Below, one piece after another: positions 47,989 to 58,896 of a stretch of 64,000 nt of DNA. A program made the translations under genes and the position numbers. The notes below the pieces were generated by a model that had not been told where the DNA came from, did not search any database, and saw only the letters and a list, made by a program, of their open reading frames with translations. How positions within the stretch are numbered: the first letter of the stretch is position 1; every line of letters begins with the position of its first letter. This DNA comes from Perkinsus chesapeaki ATCC PRA-425 (Eukaryota > Protista > Perkinsozoa), in the NCBI GenBank assembly GCA_013115145.1, contig JAAPAO010000027.1, forward strand, positions 1 through 64,000, given 5' to 3'.

Positions 47989-48658
47989 GAACAACCACAG
48001 CATGGTTTACATCTTCATTTGGTGTTGTGTTTCGGCCAGTGTCCCGTAGAACGCTCTTCGAGCAAAGTAGGGTAAGTGGAAACTCAAAGGACGGCCAACT
48101 ACGACATACGGTACACGGTATAGCTACGGTATATCGTTTAACCAAAGATTTGTTGAAACGCAAATCAAGGAGCATCCCGTCAACTGGACGGTCATTTACA
48201 GCGTTGAAATGGATGCTCATTTATCGTAGTGTGTGCCTACTAACCTACCCATCAGGACAAAGGGCAAGTGACAACGAGTGTCCTGTCCAAAAGATGCTGT
48301 ACAAGATTATGTGCTCAAACCTTGGAACACTCTCAAGAGGAAGCGGAATACCGCATGGAATAGAACGGTGGAAGGAAAGGTGGTTGAGAGATGCTTTTGA
48401 TCGGTTATAACAATTACCACTCACGACCTACACGTGCTTATGGCAATCAAATGTTGGGATCTGACTGGCAGAATCCAACTTCGAAAAAAACATATCCTTT
48501 GATCCTTTGTGAGTTTCGCCGAGGTAATATCGTACAATGATTAAAGATCCGTCCAACTAAAGCTCGTTGAGGAGACTAACGGATAACGCAATATTTGGTG
48601 TATAGTCAGGATACCAGAAGTGATGATGATGCTAGTATTAATACAGGTTAACAATGAC

Positions 48659-49915
48659 TTAGTAGAGTTTGCAGCACTGATTGTTCTTCTTGGCAGTCCG
48701 ATAAAATTGGTATCTAAGAGCCAATGTCAACATACTTCACTGCGCCACAATATTATTACGATGTGTTGCTGAGGTCATTCGACTTCTGCATAAGGCTGTC
48801 CAGTGTTTCTCCTCTGCGCAGAACGTCATCCATACCTGTCAAACAAAAGGCTCCTTCAGTTTTCACAGAGCACCTAGTGCGAAAATGTAAACGAAAGTCT
48901 AAGCGAAATCATAACACGGAAACATAGGAAAGATAACGCGGTCTCAACGAACGGACGTACGAAAAATAAGATCCATCGGGAAATAGTTCCTCCCCATAGG
49001 TTGCTATGTATTTCAGTTCACACAGTGAAACCGGCAAACCCCGAAAGTGTCGCACTCCTTAAAACGTATAAAAATGAGAATCCCGCACCAGTCGCACCAT
49101 CCAACACTGCAGTATTCCTTTCAACTTCAGATTATCTCAAACATGTCCTCCACCGCAAGCGTGTGAACTAGCTGTGAGTACTTCCGCAACGGGAATTGAG
49201 AAACAAATATTCGGGCTCCCAGAGTCCTATGCTCCTCCCATCTCCGATACCCCTCGGTGGCATTACTTTTGATGACAACTCCCTTAACATCATCCAATTC
49301 CTTTTGAATCTGTGCAATCTTATCCGCCTGGCTGGGGTCCTGGAACTTCTCCATAAGCTCATCCCCCTCGGGATAATCAATACTAAAAGCCAGATACCAC
49401 CAATGATGAGCCATGGAGATCCTCACTTGGTATCTTTCTTAACATTACTCCACTCCGAGACCGGGTGCTTGGCCTCAAACCCGCGCATCAACTGGAGAAG
49501 GATAATACCAGAGATGTTGAAGAAGCCGTAGTACCTCGCTGATGAATGCGAATGCAACTCGCATGGGGTACTCTCCATCGGTAAGGCACGCAGCTCCGAG
49601 CCCATCAGGGGCGACGTACCTAATTCGCCACGTAACTCTATTGAAGCGGCATACTATTACACATGGCATTTGCCAATGTTTTGTTCGAACTGAACACTTT
49701 GTCTTTGGCCCTTTGCCGTCCGTGACACTATAGCTCGGGCGTGGAACTTAATGAACTCCTTCACAGTCTTCCGCTGGAAGTATCTGTGGCACCATTATGA
49801 TCACTCAGACGTATTAAGCGAAGGCCTACGATATTTTATGAAGGTCGTAAAATGTGGCTATCTCGGTAGCCTTGTCTGGCTCGTACTTGTACAGAATGCA
49901 GGCTAAAATTTGCAT
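48659..49915 (-). CDS. YKT6: Longin R-SNARE Ykt6
   Basis: Spliced: MQILACILYKY...FYDLHKISYFQRKTVKEFIKFHARAIVSRT...RQSV...CH; LTDGEYPMRVAF; FQDPSQADKIAQIQKELDDVKGVVIKSMDDVLRRGETLDSLMQKSNDLS; YRTAKKNNQCCKLY*. Confidence 0.93.
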
Positions 49916-50334
49916 TATATCTCACCAGTAGCAATAAGGAATAAAAATACCGCTACAACAGGAACGTCCCTCAGAAAGCCCTCACCCCGATTCCCACTAA
50001 ATGCCGTGATCATAACGTAAGTCAATTCCCCTCGACTTGTGTCAACAAGAGTCTCCAGCCGCCGAAGGGTTCGGAAATAGCGCTCGCCCAGAGTCGGCGG
50101 AAGATACATTTGTGAAGTGGTTTGGTATCGTTATGGTCACCGTGGGATCTCAGACAATCCTCTCCGGGTCGAAGGCCGTCGCAGAAGCGTAAGCTCTTGT
50201 TTACTTATTATTTCTGACAATTTTATCAGCTGAGACTTTAAAACTTATCACAGCGGCCTGTCTGGTTGCATTTCCTCGACCCAAGTATTCTTCCGATGGC
50301 TCTGCCATCACTTAGCCTTACGTCGGAGTAAACT

Positions 50335-52404
50335 ATGGCCCTTTTTATGGCCTCGTTGATCGCTATCAGAGCTGCATTCTGTAGTAGCTACCCTCAACAT
50401 ATAATCTACCCTCGCATAGGTCACAAGATACTGCACAAAACTTTATGCGATAATTTTGTCTTGTTGCTGTATACGGCGCGCATCGATTATAATGATACTC
50501 AGAACCCCTCCATCGAATGTATTTCCGTCAGGTTCAATCTTCCTGAGACTATAACTGCAAGCTGCCAGACTCCCATATTCGACGAACAAGCATCAGCGAA
50601 AACCGTCGGTCTCTATCGCACAGCTTCCCTCCCCTTTGCGAGTCTGGGTCAATCGGGCATTGATGAGCGGTTGAAGAGTTTGGGCTCTTCGCAAAGACCG
50701 AGCATCAAACGACCGTATAGGTCCAAGGTACCCGAAAGAGCACTGCCGCCTACATCACAAACGGAGATGGAGACACTTAAAGAATCAGACGATGACGGGA
50801 ATGAGTCCACGGGCACGCAGAATGAGCCCACTAGCGAGCAACGCGACGCTGCAGAGGAATGGATAGATCAAGTGAAGCAATCGCAGAGTCTGGATTGCCT
50901 CAAAAAGGCGCGAAAGACTGCGCAGGAGGAAACTCCCGGAAATGAGGAAAAACTGCCGCTTGACTGCACAAGTCTCGAATCCTCGGCATCGTCGAATTCC
51001 GAAATAGAGGAGCGAGGCGGGACTAATGAGCCCTTAGTGAGCCAGAAAGCGAATGACGGTATCAAGGAAAGAGAAGAGTCAGATTTGTTCACTAAACTAG
51101 TCGAATACTTCCGAGGATCGCCAAGTAAAGTGGAAACGTCGATTGGAGGAGGCAAAGAGCAGGTCGGTACCAGTGAGAATGGGACAGATAACACAAAGAG
51201 CAAAGAGTGGATCGGTACCAGTGAGAATGGGACAGTTAACAGAAAGAACGAGGAGTGCATTGGTACCAGTGAGAATGGGACAGATAACACGGGCAGCGAA
51301 AAATCGATAAGCAGCCGTGAGATGGGACCACCGGAGAGAGTTGAGGGTGATCAGGTTGACGATGTATTACGCGAAACGGTCGCTACAGTGGTTGCAGAAC
51401 TGAGCGGTCGGGCAGCAAGAAAAACGGAAGATGACGAATCGCAGCTTGTTGAGATCGCCATCGATCCGCTGACAGGATCATTTGCTGTAGTGGAAGCAGG
51501 TATGCAGTCATTAATAGAGGAAGAATCCCTGAGTGAAGAAGTGACTTCTGAAGAGCAAGCTGAGGTGGCGCCAGTCCAAGGTGACACAAAGTCAAATGGC
51601 AATGACGAAGAAATCGATTGCGATGAAGTTGAGCACGGTGCTGCGGACAGCGAACTGGACAATGTGAAGAGAGGAAGCTCCGAGGCAGTAGAGTGCGAAC
51701 CGGAGAGTGCCGAAGAATCGGGTATCTTAGGGAGGATGAGCCGACTGATCAACTCGGAGATACAACTTGCTCTTGAGAACTGGGGAAATGGGAAGGAGGA
51801 CGGTGGAGCAGTCAGTTCGGTGGAGGAGATGGAGGAGTTCCAGTCGAGGGAAACCATGGATGAAACTAAGAACGAGGGAGCCCAGCGGAAGGCGGACGAT
51901 ATAGAAGAAAAGAAAAGCCCCACGGTATTTGACAGGCTGTTCTCATTAGTAGTTGCTAATGAGACCAGCGAGACAGTAAAGGAACCTGTCAAGAAAGGCA
52001 GCCACACATCCACACCGGCGAATGCTTCGAATGGAGATGGGAACTTCCGCTCCCAAGAGGGTCACGAAATTGTGCAGCTCGTTGATGAGCTGAGTGAGCG
52101 ACCCGATCGGGGCGATAGCGATAAACTTGGCTTCTGGGATAGACTCATGCAGCCACGCTCGGGCAAAAAGCCTGCCACATCGACGAGCAGAAGCGATGTT
52201 GTGGAGAAACCGGCGAATTCACCAGGCAGCAGCACTCGTAGTCCCACCTCGGTGGCCTGGTCTCGATTTAAGGGGATGTTCGATAATAGTAAGAATACAA
52301 AAGCCACAGTTCTACCCGAGGCACCACTGAGAGATGGCAGTTATCGCAATCGGAGGGCATCTGAGCTCACCAGCGAAAAGCTTGAGGAGTCTATGCGGGC
52401 CTAA
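50335..52404 (+). CDS. Hypothetical 689-aa acidic, low-complexity protein with a possible signal peptide and an internal 16-aa repeat
   Basis: Uninterrupted ORF with a hydrophobic N-terminus (MALFMASLIAIRAAFCS) and a Glu/Ser/Asp-rich remainder. Confidence 0.75.
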   Translation: MALFMASLIAIRAAFCSSYPQHIIYPRIGHKILHKTLCDNFVLLLYTARIDYNDTQNPSIECISVRFNLPETITASCQTPIFDEQASAKTVGLYRTASLPFASLGQSGIDERLKSLGSSQRPSIKRPYRSKVPERALPPTSQTEMETLKESDDDGNESTGTQNEPTSEQRDAAEEWIDQVKQSQSLDCLKKARKTAQEETPGNEEKLPLDCTSLESSASSNSEIEERGGTNEPLVSQKANDGIKEREESDLFTKLVEYFRGSPSKVETSIGGGKEQVGTSENGTDNTKSKEWIGTSENGTVNRKNEECIGTSENGTDNTGSEKSISSREMGPPERVEGDQVDDVLRETVATVVAELSGRAARKTEDDESQLVEIAIDPLTGSFAVVEAGMQSLIEEESLSEEVTSEEQAEVAPVQGDTKSNGNDEEIDCDEVEHGAADSELDNVKRGSSEAVECEPESAEESGILGRMSRLINSEIQLALENWGNGKEDGGAVSSVEEMEEFQSRETMDETKNEGAQRKADDIEEKKSPTVFDRLFSLVVANETSETVKEPVKKGSHTSTPANASNGDGNFRSQEGHEIVQLVDELSERPDRGDSDKLGFWDRLMQPRSGKKPATSTSRSDVVEKPANSPGSSTRSPTSVAWSRFKGMFDNSKNTKATVLPEAPLRDGSYRNRRASELTSEKLEESMRA
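51163..51291 (+). repeat. In-frame 48-bp coding tandem repeat x2.7 ([VI]GTSENGT[DV]N...)
   Basis: GGTACCAGTGAGAATGGGACAG recurs at 48-nt spacing three times. Confidence 0.9.
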
Positions 52405-53368
52405 TCTGGGTCTGCAGCTAGAAAAGGTCGTGAAGTGTAGCAGTTACAACAGCTAGATAAAAAAGTAACGAGTCGAGTAAAAATTTTAATGAGGCATGGA
52501 TTCGTAAAAACATGTACCAGCATACGTTGTGTTGTAAAAAGCTACGCACTGTTTGGTTCGGTCTAAAGACTCTGGGCTCATCAGAAAAGAGTGAACCCGT
52601 ATCTACTAAGCTTGGTGGAGCATCGAAAAAAGCACTTCCGATCTTTGACTCTATTTTATACATGTACGCATCAGTCATCTGTAGACGCCGATTAGTGTGC
52701 TGAGTTGGCTCGACACCCTTGCAAGATATAACATTCCTCGCGTTAGAAGCCTGAACTAAGATCCTTTGTCCAAGATACAGTACCAACCTAGCTTCGTGGG
52801 AGTATATAACTAGGTTTAGCCAGCTATGGTGAAGGGAGAGAAGAGAGATACCAAGACTTAGCTAATAACCTCCACACCTCCAACAACGGTTTGTCTGTCA
52901 CATGCGTGCTACCCCAATGTCAGCATTGGTATTTGGAGCATATTGGGTCTGTGCCGGTTAAGATGCATCTTTGCCTTATATCGTCAATGATGAATGACCA
53001 GTGCCCAGTTTAATCTTCTATTTACGAGGCCATCGCCGGTCGCGGCCAGCGAAGCTACGCGAAATATAAAGTAAATGCAACAGCTTGTACGAGTCATGCC
53101 GTGACGCCGCTGTTGGGATCAAAGATCAGCCCACTGCTGAGTAGTCCCCTGGTCCCAAAGAACTTTTAGGCTCAACTGGCCATTCACTGGACGGCCCGGA
53201 CCAGAGAAATGTCTTCCTTTTTAGCATCCGGCCGTCTTGCCTTCTACAGTACAGCCTTGTACGGTACAGACACTTCATAATCGAATTATCAAAATGCCGT
53301 CGCGTATTTTATTTGAATATACAGCTAAGCTACAAGGTGGAGAATTTTTGATTGCCAAAAGTATCAAT

Positions 53369-54036
53369 ATGTACATGATGCAAATTGTCCTGTTTATTGG
53401 AATTTTCGTCGTCGCGGCGTCCGAGAAGATGTTAAAGGACAGCTCTGGAGAGAACCCGTAGGACTCGCCAGCCTTCCAGTCGTAAACAACGGTACACCTT
53501 TCGATCCTAGGTACGCTTCTTTCACGAAGACCGATGCCGAAGGTGTTAAGCCGAGCTGTTTTACCATCTTTGCAATAATAAAGCCCCTTTTACTCTCTTG
53601 AATTTGATAGGTGGTTGTTATGAGAAACCAACTGGTAAATGCGAGTGGCAGGGCGAGGAAGTAATTGAATGCCAATGTAACAGTGAACTCATTCCTCACT
53701 TTGTGAGAGGCCAGCCTCTTGGCTGTCCCATTTAACTTGATCAGAATTTCGCTGATTTAACCCTTGATGGAGTGGTATGCTCGCAGCTGTGTAGCGATTT
53801 GACTATGCCGTGCCCGACTTCGACAAAAGGTGTTGGACAGTGTGTAGGTGATGGAAGATACCTGTGTGCATTGACATGCTCTTCTGATAAGGTGAGCCGC
53901 TCACCGCGAGCGACATCTGTTTGCTCAATATTACAAGCTAGCGAAGTTCTACCATCTTTTGTAGGACTGCCCGGAGCCAGAGCGCTGCTACACTTTTGGA
54001 ACTGAGTTCGCGAGCGTCTGTATGTTCGCGCCCTGA
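53369..54036 (+). CDS. Small secreted Cys-rich protein, paralog C1
   Basis: Signal peptide MYMMQIVLFIGIFVVAAS; exons DGVVCSQLCSDLTMPCPTSTKGVGQCVGDGRYLCALTCSSDK / DCPEPERCYTFGTEFASVCMFAP*. Middle exon(s) unresolved. Confidence 0.7.
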
Positions 54037-54830
54037 TTTTGGGTCGTCTGACAAGCTGGTGTGCAAAACTCAAGAAGCAAGGACAGCAGTATGATTTGGT
54101 TTCAAAACTTATATTCGTTTTGTGTTCAGCTCTGTGTCACACAGACTGTGCTGTATATGTTGGAAGTTGGGAAGCTAAAGTTAACTCGATCGCCATCCTG
54201 CGCCCTCCCCGTTCGCAGGCGTACGTAATAGGGCTCCTTGCATTGGTCGGAGCTCGAGCATCACGGCCCTGTAGGAGGAACTGGCATCCTCCAGGCACCT
54301 CCACTGAGGACTTCTCGGAAGAGGCCAGTCTTTCACAGTTTGCGGTTCTCACTCACGCAACTGAGCCATGCACGTAACCGGAGGGTTCACAATTGGCCTG
54401 CCCAAGTAACCTGGGCCAAGTTGAGCAAGCTGCTAAAGACGCAAAACTTTCGAGCTACACAAACTCTAGTAGGTGTTCGGCTTTACAGTATGTCAAAGCA
54501 GTCGAGCTACCCCGTTCTGACGCAAACGCTGTACATAACGCGATGAGTTGATATACACTAATACGATACTATATTAACCAACGCGAGTCGTCCCATGAAA
54601 ATCTAGTTAGTGCTCGACCGATGTAAGGCACCAGAGCAGGTCGAAAATTCGAGCTAATATCACCGATTTAGATGTAAGTACTGGGCTACCATACAATGTT
54701 AAGCTCACAAAGCTTGCCTTCTTCATAGAAATAGTGAGACTATTGTGTGACAATCATTGTCAGCAGAGCTAGTAGTGTGGAAGCTAGGCTTCACTAGCTG
54801 AGGAGACGTATCCTCCCGGCCACGGGTACA

Positions 54831-55270
54831 CTAGGGCTTAAACATGCAGAAATTATCTCCTCCTTCGTAAAAGGTTTGGCAATGGGCTTCCGATGAACAG
54901 TCCTAAGAGGCATACCCCCAATTTGACAGGCAAACGTAATGTTGCTTACGTCGTTCGAAAAGCATTTAATCATGCAACCTGTAAGCTGTCCGTAGGACTC
55001 GCAAGTCCCTTCTCCTTTGGGGGGCGCTGGACATGAGTCTTGAGGGCAGTGCTGTGAGCATACCACCGCTTGGAGAACGTTCTCATGATCCTGAACATGT
55101 GTAGAAGAAAGAATGATGAAGCAGCCAGCCCCCACCACGTAGAAAGCGACGAAGCCGGCGCATTTGCAGCCTGTCAGATCTGTACCATTCCAATTGCATG
55201 TTTCGTTTGGCTTCTGATAAACGTTTCCTAAAACACTGAGATAAATGAGATCTTCAACTTGGATGATCAA
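54831..55270 (-). CDS. Small Cys-rich protein, paralog C2 (start codon not resolved)
   Basis: YQKPNETCNWNGTDLTGCKCAGFVAFYV / DHENVLQAVVCSQHCPQDSCPAPPKGEGTCESYGQLTGCMIKCFSND / DCSSEAHCQTFYEGGDNFCMFKP*. Confidence 0.72.
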
Positions 55271-57974
55271 AGTCTACAATGCGTGGTGGAAACCTACCGT
55301 CATTAGCAGGAGCCTGGCTGAGAGGAGAGTACCTAAAATCAAGGGATAAGTTTTATGAATCTCATTAAAGATTTTTTACATGGTGTTCTTGAACATAAGC
55401 TCAGAAGCGGCAAAGCCTAAAGCCGCTACGAACAGAGCCTTTCCAACGGATAGCATCTTGGCCAAGTTGATATACGTTGGAACACAGCTTCTTGGCTCAG
55501 TGACACCTCAAAGAGACAACTTTAACTACGTCACCGAAAGAATTGAATACGAAGGAAGCCATGAGTGCTACTTTCTTGGGTTGCGGACATAATCACTTCT
55601 GAAGCGAGGCAACTTCGTATCGCTGTGTTACTCTCCTGAATGGGTTTGTTAGAGGAGACCCATGGTCTCGTTTAACTCAGTGCAAGTCACGGGTTTTATG
55701 TGACCGTGACGTGAAAATAAGCGTCTCCCGAACCCGAGTGGAGTCTCGCACAAGGAAACCTGCGATTTAACCACGGAATGAATTTAAAACAGTGGCCCCG
55801 GCTCCAACTGACTGAAGTTTCCGAGTAAAACCCGCTTTCCCGCGGAGCCCCATCCCCATATACTAATCTAATTCCAGGGAGAAGCCTTATGAAGTGGGAA
55901 TGTTCGGACAAACTACAGTATTGACTAGCACCGTCAGCCGCCATTGAACTGTTCGGTTTTTACAATAGCGAGTGACCAGCGGTTAACTTGACCGGGCAAA
56001 TTATAATGGAATGACATACTTGACGTCGTCAAGTTGACGAGTCCTCGTATTACTGGGACGTGTGCGAGCACAAATCAAGTCGTCAAGACTGACTTTGCCG
56101 GCAGTGCTAGACGGCGCGAGCATGCTCCAAGTGCCTGAAACCAGCTGCTGAAAGTAGTATCTCATTTCAAGGCGCAGCAACTCAATTCCAAAGGAGACGA
56201 AGTAGCAGGAGCAGGCGCCTCGCTTGTACTCGAGGCTCGGAGACAGCGCATTTACATTTTTCAAATTTATTTTTTCAAAAGCATACCTTGTCGGGTCACC
56301 TTCTAAAGAGGTTGAGCTCCGTGCGATGCTTCGGCTTACAAATCCTCACTTCTTACGACTCGAGCCTTTCCCGCATTCAAACCTCCGACCCGAAGCCTTC
56401 GGCTTTCTGCACGCATGGCGAGGGCGTCTTTGTCTTCAATCTTATATAGGCTAGACAGTCATTTGCTCATAATGTGGAAGACCGTATACGTACAGTAACT
56501 GGAGCGGATATGCATCGTGTAACTAAAGGCCTACGAGTGCCCAAATGGATTTCCGGGAAATACTGGAGACATCCGAGAAGCCATTCCGGGGAAGTTGCGG
56601 TGTCTCTTCGCAACCCTTCACATCCGAGCCAGGGTGTCAATAGTCAATTGAGGGGAAAGTCATTATTTCAACTGCGGAGCTCCAAGGAGTTTCATCACTG
56701 CGTTCTAGATATTACTCCTTTTGGGGACAATGGTGTCTCCAGCAACCCGGCTACGAGCCTCCAATGGGTGTGACTTATATCGTGTGAAAAGTCAGACCCT
56801 CCATTGTGTCTTCTCACCGACAGCTACTGTGTATTTTTGAGAATGACGTAAAAAGTGGCCTCTCGCTGATACTGAAGTGCGGGCCCGGAATCCGGGTGAG
56901 TCCCTAATAGACTTCAGGGTTTACAGCTTCAAAGCATATGTTGTGCCTAATATTCCTCGAGGTAAACTTATCCATCGGATGATATCCGATGGATTATTAG
57001 GGATATGCTCGCTTTTCTGTAACATCTGGACTACTTCGACCGAGGGAACTAGGCAGTGGTTAGACGTTATGAGATTGTATGTAGGGGGCTTACAAGACTG
57101 GCATAGTCGAAGCACAACTATTTTTCGAACACAGGGCGGTAAGATTTGCATGCCGAGGCTCGACACGTGGCCACCCTAGGGATTGGGTTTTGATAAGACA
57201 AGCTTATTATATCTGATGTAATTCATCAGTAAAACGGATTCAGTATGATTGATTTTAAGAATCTGACTCATTCTGATTTGAGTTGTATGTTACTTTTAAT
57301 GAGAGTCCATGTGGCGACTGCGAGTAACAGAAGCTCACTGATGTTCACACATTATCGTCTTTCACTGAAGACCCAAGACCCTGAGGTAACCATTCGGTGT
57401 TGTTGCCTAAATGCTAGGCTGATAAGGTTTATTGCGTGCATGGGAGGCTCGGACACCATGCCAATGTAGCGGGCATCCTCAAGACATGCACACTTAGTGC
57501 GCATCAATTGACAACAGTATGTGGTTCTCATTTACGCTAGTGAATCGAGCATACTTCCTGATCTTGGTACGCAGGAAGCATGTTATCCAAAATTCGAGAC
57601 CCTTAAGGTACAAGAGCCCGAGTCGCTGTTCCCCTCTACAGTGCGTTGCACGCTTCGAACAGACCATGCTGATGCGTGCGCTGTACAGAAGCTTTCTGTC
57701 AGAAAGCCATGCCTCTGCATAGCACGTATTCGTACACGAACTCAACATAACATCATAATATTGAAATGCGCCCAATGGCCTACTGATATGGAGTTGAAAG
57801 TCGTGGGCTATTACCATTGATATGAATAATAATGATAAGTAATGAGCAGTAGCATACTGCGCTGAGCCCAACAACTAGCATATTAACAATGAGTTGACGA
57901 AGATTGTAAGCTGAGTTCTTATTGGGTAAGCCAGGCTTCTCGAGTTTTGGCATACCCTTTCGGCATCTCATTTA

Positions 57975-58348
57975 CTAAGGTCTGAACACACATACCTTAT
58001 AGCCTTCGCCCAGGTCCTGACAGTATGCTCCCTCAAGGCAGTCCTGAACGATGCAATTTCAAGCGCAGGATAAACGTCGAGTTGCTTACATTGTCCGAGG
58101 AACAGCTCAACAGGCAAAGAGCCGACCCGGGCAAGCATGTCGCCTCTCCTTTGGGGGGAGCTGGACACTTTTCAACTGAGCAACCCTGGGTGCATACCAC
58201 CCCTTGGAGAACGTCATCATCGTCCTGAACATGTGCGAAGAAACGGTGTGATGGAGCAACCAAGCCTCACCACGAATATACCGACAGTGTCTCCAGTAGT
58301 ATCCATGTTCAACACAACAGTAAGGAGTAGGTATACCCAACAATACAT
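57975..58348 (-). CDS. Small secreted Cys-rich protein, paralog C3
   Basis: MYCWVYLLLTVVLNMDTTGDTVGIFV / DDDDVLQGVVCTQGCSVEKCPAPPKGEATCLPGSALCLLSCSSDN / DCLEGAYCQDLGEGYKVCVFRP*. Introns are homologous to those of C2. Confidence 0.7.
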
Positions 58349-58896
58349 GAAGCACTATAGCAACAAGTGAATAATAAGAGAAGGGAACAGTCAATGCCTT
58401 GGCAATGGTTTATAAGTGCACGTATGTCTGTTCGAGAAGTAGTTCCAGCTGCGTAGTTAGCGGCAACTACTGCCTAACGAAAAAGTGCGAAAGGTGTTTT
58501 CGAAAAGTAAGATACATAAACAGAAGAGATCGGTTGACTATCGCTTCTTATTGATTGATATTAGTTTAGTGGTGAAATGTGAGAAAGTGTTCACATGAAT
58601 TGACAGGATATAATACACTAGATGGGAGGGACTTTGATAATTTTCGTAAGTGTGCGAATCAGAGCCGACCATCGGTTGATGAACCAGCCTACTTCCCATT
58701 CGACGGTAGTTCGCTTTTATCATCGAGAAGGAGGAATTAAGAGACAGTGTTTACCAAACACTCAAACGCAACGTTGAAAGGACGAGGATCCAAGTGAGGC
58801 GCTGATGACCAATGATCACGTCAGTCATGGTCATCATTTCACACACCAGCATGGCCGTACTGTACTTGACACTTGCATCTAATTTATTGGTCAACT

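Noticed and set aside
47985-48410. 141-aa ORF whose ATG overlaps the CtIP stop (ATGA), suggesting translational coupling
   Set aside because: Eukaryotic context and non-protein-like composition; probably 3' UTR.
49915-50109. 64-aa minus ORF upstream of YKT6
   Set aside because: YKT6 starts at its own ATG (49915) in another frame; this ORF falls in the divergent promoter/5' UTR region.
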